Made by a program: the position numbers and the translations under genes | The notes under the pieces: generated by a model | What the model was told of the DNA's origin: nothing | Databases searched by the model: none | What the model saw: the letters and a program-made list of their open reading frames with translations, nothing else | NCBI GenBank assembly: GCA_964016885.1 | Contig: CAXHJY010000161.1 | Coordinates: 1-64,000, forward strand | Direction of reading: 5' to 3' | From: Eledone cirrhosa | Taxonomy: Eukaryota | DNA length: 64,000 nt | Part shown: piece by piece, positions 16,001-31,400 of the stretch | Layout of the letters: each line of letters begins with the position of its first letter | Position numbering within the stretch: position 1 is the stretch's first letter

Positions 16001-17920
16001 ACACTGGCACTGACAGAGAAAACAGCAACAACAACAACACTGGCACTGACACAGAAAACAGCAACAACTACAACAACACTGGCACTTACAGATAAAGCAG
16101 CAACAACTACAACAACACTGGCACTAACAGAGAAAACAGCAACAACATCAACACTGGCACTGACACAGAAAACAGCAACAACTACAACAACACTGGCACT
16201 AACACAGAAAACAGCAACAACTACAACATCACTGGCACTGACAGAGAAAACAGCAACAGCAACAACACTGGCACTGACAGAGAAAATAGCAACAAAAACA
16301 ACACTGGCACTGACACAGAAAACAGCAACAACAACAACACTGGCACTGACACAGAAAACAGCAACAACTACAACAACACTGGCACTGACAGAAAAAACAG
16401 CAACAACTACAACAACACTGGCACTGACAGAGAAAACAGCAACAACAAAAACACTGGCACTGACACAGAAAACAACAACAACTACAACAACACTGGCACT
16501 GACAGAGAAAACAGCAACAACAACAACACTGGCACTGACACAGAAAACAGCAACAACTACAACAACACTGGCACTGACAGACAAAACAGCAACAACTACA
16601 ACAACACTGGCACTGACAGAGAAAACAGCAACAACTACAACAACACTGGCACTGACACTGAAAAAAGCAACAACTACAACAACACTGGCACTGACACAGA
16701 AAACAGCAACAACTACAACAACACTGGCACTGACACAGAAAACAGCAACAACAACAACACTGGCACTGACACAGAAAACAGCAACAACAAAAACACTGGC
16801 ACTGGCAGAGAAAACAGCAACAACAACAACACTGGCACTGACAGAGAAAACAGCAACAACAACAACACCGGCACTGACACAGAAAACAGCAACAACTACA
16901 ACAACACTGGCACTGACAGAGAAAACAGCAACAACTACAACAACACTGGCACTGACAGAGAAAACAGCAACAACAACACTGGCACTGACACAAAAAACAG
17001 CAACAACTACAACACTGGCACTGACAGAGAAAACAGCAACAGCAACAACACTGGCACTGACACAGAAAACAGCAACAACAGCAACAACAACACTGGCACT
17101 GACAGAGAAAACAGCAACAACAACACTGGCACTGACACAGAAAACAGCAACAACTACAACAACACTGGCACTGACAGAGAAAACAGCAACAACTACAACA
17201 ACACTGGCACTGACAGAGAAAACAGCAACAACAACACTGGCACTGACACAGAAAACAGCAACAACTACAACAACACTGGCACTGACAGAGAAAACAGCAA
17301 CAACTACAACAACACTGGCACTGACACAGAAAACAGCAACAACTACATCAACACTGGCACTGACACAGAAAACAGCAACAACAACAACACTGGCACTGAC
17401 AGAGAAAACAGCAACAACAACAACACCGGCACTGACACAGAAAACAGCAACAACTAGAACAACACTGGCACGGAAAACAGCAACAACAGCAACAACAACA
17501 CTGGCACTGACACAGAAAACAGCAACAACAGCAACAACAACACTGGCACTGACACAGAAAACAGCAACAACAGCAACAACACTGGCACTGACACAGAAAA
17601 CAGCAACAACAGCAACAATAACACTGGCACTGGCACAGAAGACAGCAACAGCAACACTGGAACTGACACAGAAAACAGCAACAACAACAACACTGGCACT
17701 GACAGTGAAAATAGCAACAACAACAACACTGGCACTGACAGAGAAAACAGCAACAACAACAACACTGGCACTGACACAGAAAACAGCAACAACTACAACA
17801 ACACTGGCACTGACAGTGAAAATAGCAACAACATCACTGGCACTGACACAGAAAGCAGCAACAACAACAACACTGGCACTGACACAAAAACAGCAACAAC
17901 AGCAACAACACTGGCACTGA
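13073..17920 (+). other. Longest listed Thr-rich (LALTQKTATTTTT)n reading frame; mucin-like in composition but probably not a functional CDS
   Basis: The 1615-codon ORF starts at an internal GTG repeat variant and ends after a -1 frameshift. It has no signal peptide or non-repeat domain. Confidence 0.15.
13240..14890. repeat. 822-bp tandem duplication
   Basis: actggcattg at 13321/14143, actgcaac at 13481/14303 and cggcaac at 14049/14871 are all at +822. Confidence 0.85.
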
Positions 17921-20900
17921 CACAGAAAACAGCAACAATTACAACAACACTGGCACTGACAGAGAAAACAGCAACAACTACAACAACACTGGCACTGACA
18001 GAGAAAACAGCAACAACAAAAACACTGGCACTGACACAGAAAACAGCAACAACCACAACAACACTGGCACTGACAGAGAAAACGGCAACAACTACAACAA
18101 CACTGGCACTCACAGAGAAAACAGCAACAACTACAACAACACTGGCACTGACAGAGAAAACAGCAACAACAACACTGGCACTGACACAGAAAACAGCAAC
18201 AACTACAAGAACACTGGCACTGACAGAGAAAACAGCAACAACTACAACAACACTGGCACTGACAGAGAAAACAGCAACAACTACAACAACACTGGCACTG
18301 ACACAGAAAACAGCAACAACTACAACAACACTGGCACTGACACAGAAAACAGCAACAACTACAACAACACTGGCACTGACAGAGAAAACAGCAACAACAA
18401 CAACACTGGCATTGACACAGAAAACAGCAACAACTACAACAACACTGGCACTGACAGAGAAAACAGCAACAACTACAACAACACTGGCACTGACAGAGAA
18501 AACAGCAACAACTACAACAACACTGGCACTGACAGAGAAAACAGCAACAACTACAACAACACTGGCACTGACACAGAAAACAGAAACAACTACAACAACA
18601 CTGGCACTGACACAGAAAACAGCAACAGCAACACTGGCACTGACAGAGAAAACAGCAACAACAACAACACCGGCACTGACACAGAAAACAGCAACAACTA
18701 CAACAACACTGGCACGGAAAACAGCAACAACAGCAACAACAACACTGGTACTGACACAGAAAACAGCAACAACAACACTGGCACTGACACAGAAAACAGC
18801 AACAACTACAACAACACTGGCACTGACAGAGAAAGCAGCAACAACTACAACAACACTGGCACTGACAGAGAAAACAGCAACAACAACAACACTGGCACTG
18901 ACACAGAAAACAGCAACAACTACAACAACACTGGCACTAACACAGAAAACAGCAACAACTACAACATCACTGGCACTGACAGAGAAAACAGCAACAGCAA
19001 CAACACTGGCACTGACAGTGAAAATAGCAACAACAACAACACTGGCACTGACACAGAAAACAGCAACAACAACAACACTGGCACTGACACAGAAAACAGC
19101 AACAACTACAACAACACTGGCACTGACAGAAAAAACAGCAACAACTACAACAACACTGGCACTGACAGAGAAAACAGCAACAACAAAAACACTGGCACTG
19201 ACACAGAAAACAGCAACAACTACAACAACACTGGCACTGACAGAGAAAACAGCAACAACTACAACAACACTGGCAGTGACAGAGAAAACAGCAACAGCAA
19301 CAACACTGGCACTGACACAGAAAACAGCAACAACAGCAACACTGGCACTGACAGAGAAAACAGCAACAACAATACTGGCACTGACAGAGAAAACAGCAAC
19401 AACAACTACACTGGCACTGACAGAGAAAACAACAACAACAACACTGGCACTGACAGAGAAAACAGCAACAACAACAACACTGGCACAGACACAGAAAACA
19501 GCAACAACAACAGTGGCACTGACACAGAAAACAGCAACAACTACAACAACACTGGCACAGACAGAGAAAACAGCAACAACTACAACAACACTGGCACTTA
19601 CAGAGAAAACAGCAACAACAACAACACTGGCATTGACACAGAAAACAGCAACAACTACAACAATACTGGCACTGACAGAGAAAACAGCAACAACTACAAC
19701 AACACTGGCACTGACAGAGAAAACAGCAACAACTACAACAACACTGGCACTGACACAGAAAACAGCAACAACTACAACAACACTGGCACTGACACAGAAA
19801 ACAGCAACAACTACAACAACACTGGCACTGACACAGAAAACAGCAACAGCAACACTGGCACTGACAGAGAAAACAGCAACAACAACAACACCGGCACTGA
19901 CACAGAAAACAGCAACAACTACAACAACACTGGCACGGAAAACAGCAACAACAGCAACAACAACACTGGCACTGACACAGAAAACAGCAACAACAACACT
20001 GGCACTGACACAGAAAACAGCAACAACAGCAACAATAACCGTGGCACTGACACAGAAAACAGCAACAACAGCAACAATAACACTGGCACTGGCACAGAAA
20101 ACAGCAACAGCAACACTGGAACTGACACAGAAAACAGCAACAGTAACAACAACAACACTGGCACTGACAAAGAAAACAGCAACAACAACAACACTGGCAC
20201 TGACACAGAAAACAAAAACAACAACAACACTGGCACTGACAGAGAAAACAGCAACAACAACAACACCGGCACTGACACAGAAAACAGCAACAACAACAAC
20301 ACTGGCACTGACACAGAAAACAGCAAAAACTACAACAACACTGGCACTGACAGAGAAAACAGCAACAACAACAGTGGCACTGACACAGAAAACAGCAACA
20401 ACTACAACAACACTGGCACTGACAGAGAAAACAGCAACAACAACAACACTGGCACTGACAGAGAAAACAGCAACAACAACAACACCGGCACTGACACAGA
20501 AAACAGCAACAACTACAACAACACTGGCACTGACAGAGAAAACAGCAACAACTACAACAACACTGGCACTGACAGAGAAAACAGCAACAACAACACTGGC
20601 ACTGACACAAAAAACAGCAACAACTACAACACTGGCACTGACAGAGAAAACAGCAACAGCAACAACACTGGCACTGACACAGAAAACAGCAACAACAGCA
20701 ACAACAACACTGGCACTGACAGAGAAAACAGCAACAACAACACTGGCACTGACACAGAAAACAGCAACAACTACAACAACACTGGCACTGACAGAGAAAA
20801 CAGCAACAACTACAACAACACTGGCACTGACAGAGAAAACAGCAACAACAACACTGGCACTGACACAGAAAAAAAAACAACTACAACAACACTGGCACTG

Positions 20901-21800
20901 ACAGAGAAAACAGCAACAACTACAACAACACTGGCACTGACAGAGAAAACAGCAACAACTACAACAACACTGGCACTGACACAGAAAACAGCAACAACTA
21001 CATCAACACTGGCACTGACACAGAAAACAGCAACAACAACAACACTGGCACTGACAGAGAAAACAGCAACAACAACAACACCGGCACTGACACAGAAAAC
21101 AGCAACAACTAGAACAACACTGGCACGGAAAACAGCAACAACAGCAACAACAACACTGGCACTGACACAGAAAACAGCAACAACAGCAACAACAACACTG
21201 GCACTGACACAGAAAACAGCAACAACAGCAACAACACTGGCACTGACACAGAAAACAGCAACAACAGCAACAATAACACTGGCACTGGCACAGAAGACAG
21301 CAACAGCAACACTGGAACTGACACAGAAAACAGCAACAACAACAACACTGGCACTGACAGTGAAAATAGCAACAACAACAACACTGGCACTGACAGAGAA
21401 AACAGCAACAACAACAACACTGGCACTGACACAGAAAACAGCAACAACTACAACAACACTGGCACTGACAGTGAAAATAGCAACAACATCACTGGCACTG
21501 ACACAGAAAGCAGCAACAACAACAACACTGGCACTGACACAAAAACAGCAACAACAGCAACAACACTGGCACTGACACAGAAAACAGCAACAATTACAAC
21601 AACACTGGCACTGACAGAGAAAACAGCAACAACTACAACAACACTGGCACTGACAGAGAAAACAGCAACAACAAAAACACTGGCACTGACACAGAAAACA
21701 GCAACAACCACAACAACACTGGCACTGACAGAGAAAACGGCAACAACTACAACAACACTGGCACTCACAGAGAAAACAGCAACAACTACAACAACACTGG
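16850..21800. repeat. Direct duplication at about 3655-bp spacing (about 16.85-18.14 kb matches about 20.47-21.80 kb)
   Basis: Shared rare variants aactagaac (TAG 17455/21110), gaagacagc, the -1 frameshift acacaaaaacagc (about 17885/21540), aaccacaac and ggcactcac. Confidence 0.82.
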
Positions 21801-24800
21801 CACTGACAGAGAAAACAACAACAACAACACTGGCACTGACAGAGAAAACAGCAACAACAACAACACTGGCACAGACACAGAAAACAGCAACAACAACAGT
21901 GGCACTGACACAGAAAACAGCAACAACTACAACAACACTGGCACAGACAGAGAAAACAGCAACAACTACAACAACACTGGCACTTACAGAGAAAACAGCA
22001 ACAACAACAACACTGGCATTGACACAGAAAACAGCAACAACTACAACAATACTGGCACTCACAGAGAAAACAGCAACAACTACAACAACACTGGCACTGA
22101 CAGAGAAAACAGCAACAACTACAACAACACTGGCACTGACACAGAAAACAGCAACAACTACAACAACACTGGCACTGACACAGAAAACAGCAACAACTAC
22201 AACAACACTGGCACTGACACAGAAAACAGCAACAGCAACACTGGCACTGACAGAGAAAACAGCAACAACAACAACACCGGCACTGACACAGAAAACAGCA
22301 ACAACTACAACAACACTGGCACGGAAAACAGCAACAACAGCAACAACAACACTGGCACTGACACAGAAAACAGCAACAACAACACTGGCACTGACACAGA
22401 AAACAGCAACAACAGCAACAATAACCGTGGCACTGACACAGAAAACAGCAACAACAGCAACAATAACACTGGCACTGGCACAGAAAACAGCAACAGCAAC
22501 ACTGGAACTGACACAGAAAACAGCAACAGTAACAACAACAACACTGGCACTGACAAAGAAAACAACAACAACAACAACACTGGCACTGACACAGAAAACA
22601 AAAACAACAACAACACTGGCACTGACAGAGAAAACAGCAACAACAACAACACCGGCACTGACACAGAAAACAGCAACAACAACAACACTGGCACTGACAC
22701 AGAAAACAGCAAAAACTACAACAACACTGGCACTGACAGAGAAAACAGCAACAACAACAGTGGCACTGACACAGAAAACAGCAACAACTACAACAACACT
22801 GGCACTGACAGAGAAAACAGCAACAACAACAACACTGGCACTGACACAGAAAACAGCAACAACTACAACAACACTGGCACTGACAGAGAAAGCAGCAACA
22901 ACTACAACAACACTGGCACTGACAGAGAAAACAGCAACAACAACAACACTGGCACTGACACAGAAAACAGCAACAACTACAACAACACTGGCACTAACAC
23001 AGAAAACAGCAACAACTACAACATCACTGGCACTGACAGAGAAAACAGCAACAGCAACAACACTGGCACTGACAGTGAAAATAGCAACAACAACAACACT
23101 GGCACTGACACAGAAAACAGCAACAACAACAACACTGGCACTGACACAGAAAACAGCAACAACTACAACAACACTGGCACTGACAGAAAAAACAGCAACA
23201 ACTACAACAACACTGGCACTGACAGAGAAAACAGCAACAACAAAAACACTGGCACTGACACAGAAAACAGCAACAACTACAACAACACTGGCACTGACAG
23301 AGAAAACAGCAACAACTACAACAACACTGGCAGTGACAGAGAAAACAGCAACAGCAACAACACTGGCACTGACACAGAAAACAGCAACAACAACAACACT
23401 GGCACTGACAGAGAAAACAGCAACAACAATACTGGCACTGACAGAGAAAACAGCAACAACAACAACACTGGCACTGACAGAGAAAACAACAACAACAACA
23501 CTGTCACTGACAGAGAAAACAGCAACAACAACAACACTGGAACAGACACAGAAAACAGCAACAACAACAGTGGCACTGACACAGAAAACAGCAACAACTA
23601 CAACAACACTGGCACAGACAGAGAAAACAGCAACAACAACAACACTGGCACTGACACAGAAAACAGAAACAACTACAACAACACTGGGACTGACAGAGAA
23701 AGCAGCAACAACTACAACAACACTGGCACTGACAGAGAAAACAGCAACAGCAACAACACTGGCACTGACAGAGAAAATAGCAACAAAAACAACACTGGCA
23801 CTGACACAGAAAACAGCAACAACAACAACACTGGCACTGACACAGAAAACAGCAACAACTACAACAACACTGGCACTGACAGAAAAAACAGCAACAACTA
23901 CAACAACACTGGCACTGACAGAGAAAACAACAACAACAAAAACACTGGCACTGACACAGAAAACAACAACAACTACAACAACACTGGCACTGACAGAGAA
24001 AACAGCAACAACAACAACACTGGCACTGACACAGAAAACAGCAACAACTACAACAACACTGGCACTGACAGACAAAACAGCAACAACTACAACAACACTG
24101 GCACTGACAGAGAAAACAGCAACAACTACAACAACACTGGCACTGACACTGAAAAAAGCAACAACTACAACAACACTGGCACTGACACAGAAAACAGCAA
24201 CAACTACAACAACACTGGCACTGACACAGAAAACAGCAACAACAACAACACTGGCACTGACAGAGAAAACAGCAACAACTACAACAACACTGGCACTGAC
24301 ACAGAAAACAGCAACAACTACAACAACACTGGCACTGACAGAGAAAACAGCAACAACAACACTGGCACTGACACAGAAAACAGCAACAACTACAACAACA
24401 CTGGCACTGACAGAGAAAACAGCAACAACTACAACAACACTGGCACTGACAGAGAAAACAGCAACAACTACAACAACACTGGCACTGACACAGAAAACAG
24501 CAACAACTACAACAACACTGGCACTGACACAGAAAACAGCAACAACAACAACACTGGCACTGACAGAGAAAACAGCAACAACAACAACACCGGCACTGAC
24601 ACAGAAAACAGCAACAACTACAACAACACTGGCACGGAAAACAGCAACAACAGCAACAACAACACTGGCACTGACACAGAAAACAGCAACAACAGCAACA
24701 ACAACACTGGCACTGACACAGAAAACAGCAACAACAGCAACAACAACCGTGGCACTGACACAGAAAACAGCAACAACAGCAACAATAACACTGGCACTGG

Positions 24801-25495
24801 CACAGAAAACAGCAACAGCAACACTGGAACTGACACAGAAAACAGCAACAGTAACAACAACAACACTGGCACTGACACAGAAAACAGCAACAACAACAAC
24901 ACTGGCACTGACACAGAAAACAGCAACAACAACAACACTGGCACTGACAGTGAAAATAGCAACAACAACAACACTGGCACTGACAGAGAAAACAGCAACA
25001 ACAACAACACTGGCACTGACACAGAAAACAGCAACAACTACAACAACACTGGCACTGACAGTGAAAATAGCAACAACATCACTGGCACTGACAAAGAAAG
25101 CAGCAACAACAACAACACTGGCACTGACACAAAAACAGCAACAACAGCAACAACACTGGCACTGACACAGAAAACAGCAACAATTACAACAACACTGGCA
25201 CTGACAGAGAAAACAGCAACAACTACAACAACACTGGCACTGACAGAGAAAACAGCAACAACAACAACACTGGCACTGACACAGAAAACAAAAACAACAA
25301 CAACACTGGCACTGACAGTGAAAATAGCAACAGCAACAACACTGGCACTGACAGAGAAAACAGCAACAACAACAACACCGGCACTGACACAGAAAACAGC
25401 AACAACAACAACACTGGCACTGACACAGAAAACAGCAAAAACTACAACAACACTGGCACTGACAGAGAAAACAGCAACAACAACAGTGGCACTGA

Positions 25496-28400
25496 CACAG
25501 AAACAGCAACAACTACAACAACACTGGCACTGACAGAGAAAACAGCAACAACAACAACACTGGCACTGACACAGAAAACAGCAACAACTACAACAACACT
25601 GGCACTGACAGAGAAAGCAGCAACAACTACAACAACACTGGCACTGACAGAGAAAACAGCAACAACAACAACACTGGCACTGACACAGAAAACAGCAACA
25701 ACTACAACAACACTGGCACTAACACAGAAAACAGCAACAACTACAACATCACTGGCACTGACAGAGAAAACAGCAACAGCAACAACACTGGCACTGACAG
25801 TGAAAATAGCAACAACAACAACACTGGCACTGACACAGAAAACAGCAACAACAACAACACTGGCACTGACACAGAAAACAGCAACAACTACAACAACACT
25901 GGCACTGACAGAAAAAACAGCAACAACTACAACAACACTGGCACTGACAGAGAAAACAGCAACAACAAAAACACTGGCACTGACACAGAAAACAGCAACA
26001 ACTACAACAACACTGGCACTGACAGAGAAAACAGCAACAACTACAACAACACTGGCAGTGACAGAGAAAACAGCAACAGCAACAACACTGGCACTGACAG
26101 AGAAAACAACAACAACAACACTGTCACTGACAGAGAAAACAGCAACAACAACAACACTGGCACTGACAGAGAAAACAGCAACAACAATACTGGCACTGAC
26201 AGAGAAAACAGCAACAACAACAACACTGGCACTGACAGAGAAAACAACAACAACAACACTGTCACTGACAGAGAAAACAGCAACAACAACAACACTGGCA
26301 CAGACACAGAAAACAGCAACAACAACAGTGGCACTGACACAGAAAACAGCAACAACTACAACAACACTGGCACAGACAGAGAAAACAGCAACAACAACAA
26401 CACTGGCACTGACACAGAAAACAGAAACAACTACTACAACACTGGGACTGACAGAGAAAGCAGCAACAACTACAACAACACTGGCACTGACAGAGAAAAC
26501 AGCAACAGCAACAACACTGGCACTGACAGAGAAAATGGCAACAAAAACAACACTGGCACTGACACAGAAAACAGCAACAACAACAACACTGGCACTGACA
26601 CAGAAAACAGCAACAACTACAACAACACTGGCACTGACAGAAAAAACAGCAACAACTACAACAACACTGGCACTGACAGAGAAAACAGCAACAACAAAAA
26701 CACTGGCACTGACACAGAAAACAACAACAACTACAACAACACTGGCACTGACAGAGAAAACAGCAACAACAACAACACTGGCACTGACACAGAAAACAGC
26801 AACAACTACAACAACACTGGCACTGACAGACAAAACAGCAACAACTACAACAACACTGGCACTGACAGAGAAAACAGCAACAACTACAACAACACTGGCA
26901 CTGACACTGAAAAAAGCAACAACTACAACAACACTGGCACTGACACAGAAAACAGCAACAACTACAACAACACTGGCACTGACACAGAAAACAGCAACAA
27001 CAACAACACTGGCACTGACAGAGAAAACAGCAACAACTACAACAACACTGGCACTGACACAGAAAACAGCAAAAACTACAACAACACTGGCACTGACAGA
27101 GAAAACAGCAACAACAACAGTGGCACTGACACAGAAAACAGCAACAACTACAACAACACTGGCACTGACAGTGAAAACAGCAACAACAACAACACTGGCA
27201 CTGACACAGAAAACAGCAACAACTACAACAACACTGGCACTAACACAGAAAACAGCAACAACTACAACATCACTGGCACTGACAGAGAAAACAGCAACAG
27301 CAACAACACTGGCACTGACAGTGGAAATAGCAACAACAACAACACTGGCACTGACACAGAAAACAGCAACAACAACAACCCTGGCACTGACACAGAAAAC
27401 AGCAACAACTACAACAACACTGGCACTGACAGAAAAAACAGCAACTACAACACTGGCACTGACAGAGAAAACAGCAGCAACAACAACAACACTGGCACTG
27501 ACAGCGAAAACAGCAACAACTACAACAACACTGGCACTGACACAGAAAACAGCAACAACTACAACAACACTGGCACTGACAGAGAAAACAGCAACAACTA
27601 CAACAACACTGGCACTGACAGAGAAAACAGCAACAACTACAACAACACTGGCACTGAAAGAGAAAACAGCAACAACTACAACAACACTGGCACTGACACA
27701 GAAAACAGCAACAACTACAACAACTCTGGCACTGACAGAGAAAACAGCAACAACTACAACAACAATGGCACTGACACAGAAAACAGCAACAACTACAACA
27801 ACACTGGCACTGACACAGAAAACAGCAACAACTACAACAACACTGGCACTGACACAGAAAACAGCAACAACAACAACACTGGCACTGACACAGAAAACAG
27901 CAACAACAACAACACTGGCACTGACACAGAAAACAGCAACAACAACAACACTGGCACTGACAGAGAAAACAGCAACAACAACAACACCGGCACTGACACA
28001 GAAAACAGCAACAACTACAACAACACTGGCACTGACAGAGAAAACAGCAACAACTACAACAACACTGGCACTGACAGAGAAAACAGCAACAACAACAACA
28101 CTGGCACTGACACAGAAAACAGCAACAACAACAACACTGGCACTGACACAGAAAACACCAACAACAACAACACTGGCACTGACAGAGAAAACAGCAACAA
28201 CAACAACACCGGCACTGACACAGAAAACAGCAACAACTACAACAACACTGGCACTGACAGAGAAAACAGCAACAACTACAACAACACTGGCACTGACAGA
28301 GAAAACAGCAACAACAACAACACTGGCACTGACACAGAAAACAGCAACAACAACAACACTGGCACTGACGCAGAAAACAGCAACAACAACAACACTGGCA

Positions 28401-31400
28401 CTGACAGAGAAAACAGCAACAACTACAACAACACTGGCACTGACAGAGAAAACAGCAACAACTACAACAACACTGGCACTGACACAGAAAACAGCAACAA
28501 CTACAACAACACTGGCACTGTCACAGAAAACAGCAACAACAACAACAATGGCACTGGCACAGAAAACAGCAACAACAACAACACTGGCACTGACACAGAA
28601 AACAGCAACAACAACAAAACTGGCACTGACAGAGAAAACAGCAACAACAACAACACCGGCACTGACACAGAAAACAGCAACAACTACAACAACACTGACA
28701 CTGACAGAGAAAACAGCAACAACAACAACACTGGCACTGACAGAGAAAACAGCAACAACTACAACAACACTGGCACTGACAGAGAAAACAGCAACAACTA
28801 CAACAACACTGGCACTGACAGAGAAAACAGCAACAACAAAAACACTGGCACTGACACAGAAAACAGCAACAACTACAACAACACTGGCACTGACAGAGAA
28901 AACAGCAACAACTACAACAACACTGGCAGTGACAGAGAAAACAGCAACAGCAACAACACTGGCACTGACACAGAAAACAGCAACAACAACAACACTGGCA
29001 CTGACAGAGAAAACAGCAACAACAACACTGGCACTGACAGAGAAAACAGCAACAACAACAACACTGGCACTGACAGAGAAAACAACAACAACAACACTCG
29101 CACTGACAGAGAAAACAGCAACAACAACACTGGCACAGACACAGAAGACAGCAACAACAACAGTGGCACTGACACAGAGAACAGCAACAACTACAACAAC
29201 ACTGGCACTGACAGAGAAAACAGCAACAACAACAACACTGGCACTGACACAGAAAACAGAAACAACTACAACAACACTGGCACTGACAGAGAAAGCAGCA
29301 ACAACTACAACAACACTGGCACTGACAGAGCAAACAGCAACAGCAACAACACTGGCACTGACACAGAAAACAGCAACAACTACAACAACACTGGCACTAA
29401 CACAGAAAACAGCAACAACTACAACACTGGCACTGACACAGAAAACAGCAACAACTACAACAACACTGGCACTGACAGAGAAAACAGCAACAACAACAAC
29501 ACTGGCATTGACAGAGAAAACAGCAGCAACAACAACAACACTGGCACTGACAGAGAAAACAGCAACAACAACACTGGCACTGACACAGAAAACAGCAACA
29601 ACTACAACAACACTGGCACTGACAGAGAAAACAGCAACAACTACAACAACACTGGCACTGACAGAGAAAACAGCAACAACTACAACAACACTGGCACTGA
29701 CACAGTAAACAGCAACAACTACAACAACACTGGCACTGACACAGAAAACAGCAACAGCTACAACAACACTGGCACTGACAGAGAAAACAGCAACAACAAC
29801 AACACTGGCACTGACACAGAAAACAGCAACAACTACAACAACACTGGCACTGACAGTGAAAATAGCAACAACAACACTGGCACTGACACAGAAAACAGCA
29901 ACAACAACAACACTGGCACTGACACAGAAAACAGCAACAACAGCAACAACACTGGCACTGACACAGAAAACAGCAACAATTACAACAACACTGGCACTGA
30001 CAGAGAAAACAGCAACAACTACAACAACACTGGCACTGACACAGAAAACAGCAACAACTACAACAACACTGGCACTGACACAGAAAACAGCAACAACAAC
30101 AACACTGGCACTGACAGAGAAAACAGCAACAACAACACTGGCACTGACAGAGAAAACAGCAACAACAACAACACTGGCACAGACACAGAAAACAGCAACA
30201 ACAACAGTGGCACTGACACAGAAAACAGCAACAACTACAACAACACTGGCACTGACAGAGAAAACAGCAACAACAACAACACTGGCACTGACACAGAAAA
30301 CAGCAACAACTACAACAACACTGGCACTGACAGAGAAAACAGCAACAACTACAACAACACTGGCACTGACAGAGAAAATAGCAACAACTACAACAACACT
30401 GGCACTGACACAGAAAACAGCAACAACTACAACAACACTGGCACTGACACAGAAAACAGCAACAGCTACAACAACACTGGCACTGACAGAGAAAACAGCA
30501 ACAACAACAACACTGGCACTGACACAGAAAACAGCAACAACTACAACAACACTGGCACTGACAGTGAAAATAGCAACAACATCACTGGCACTGACACAGA
30601 AAACAGCAACAACAACAACACTGGCACTGACACAAAAAACAGCAACAACAGCAACAACACTGGCTCTGACACAGAAAACAGCAACAATTACAACAACACT
30701 GGCACTGACAGAGAAAACAGCAACAACTACAACAACACTGGCACTGACAGAGAAAACAGCAACAACAAAAACACTGGCACTGACACAGAAAACAGCAACA
30801 ACTACAACAACACTGGCACTGACAGAGAAAACGGCAACAACTACAACAACACTGGCACTGACAGAGAAAACAGCAACAACTACAACAACACTGGCACTGA
30901 CAGAGAAAACAGCAACAACAACACTGGCACTGACACAGAAAACAGCAACAACTACAAGAACACTGGCACTGACAGAGAAAACAGCAACAACTACAACAAC
31001 ACTGGCACTGACAGAGAAAACAGCAACAACTACAACAACACTGGCACTGACACAGAAAACAGCAACAACTACAACAACACTGGCACTGACACAGAAAACA
31101 GCAACAACTACAACAACACTGGCACTGACAGAGAAAACAGCAACAACAACAACACTGGCATTGACACAGAAAACAGCAACAACTACAACAACACTGGCAC
31201 TGACAGAGAAAACAGCAACAACTATTACAACACTGGCACTGACAGAGAAAACAGCAACAACTACAACAACACTGGCACTGACACAGAAAACAGCAACAAC
31301 TACAACAACACTGGCACTGACACAGAAAACAGCAACAACAACAACAACACTGGCACTGACACAGAAAACAGCAACAACAACACTGGCACTGACAGAGAAA

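Noticed and set aside
17880-17920. Programmed frameshift or polyglutamine C-terminal tails (QQQQQQHWH*)
   Set aside because: This is the third register of the repeat, closed by TGA in every monomer. It is entered only through 1-bp deletions, and no stimulatory structure is visible.
18967-20880. Cys-rich minus-strand ORFs (CQCQCCCSCCCFL)n resembling metallothionein or keratin-associated proteins
   Set aside because: These are the antisense reading of aca/gca triplets, exactly in register with the Thr frame, and they drift into other registers at frameshifts.
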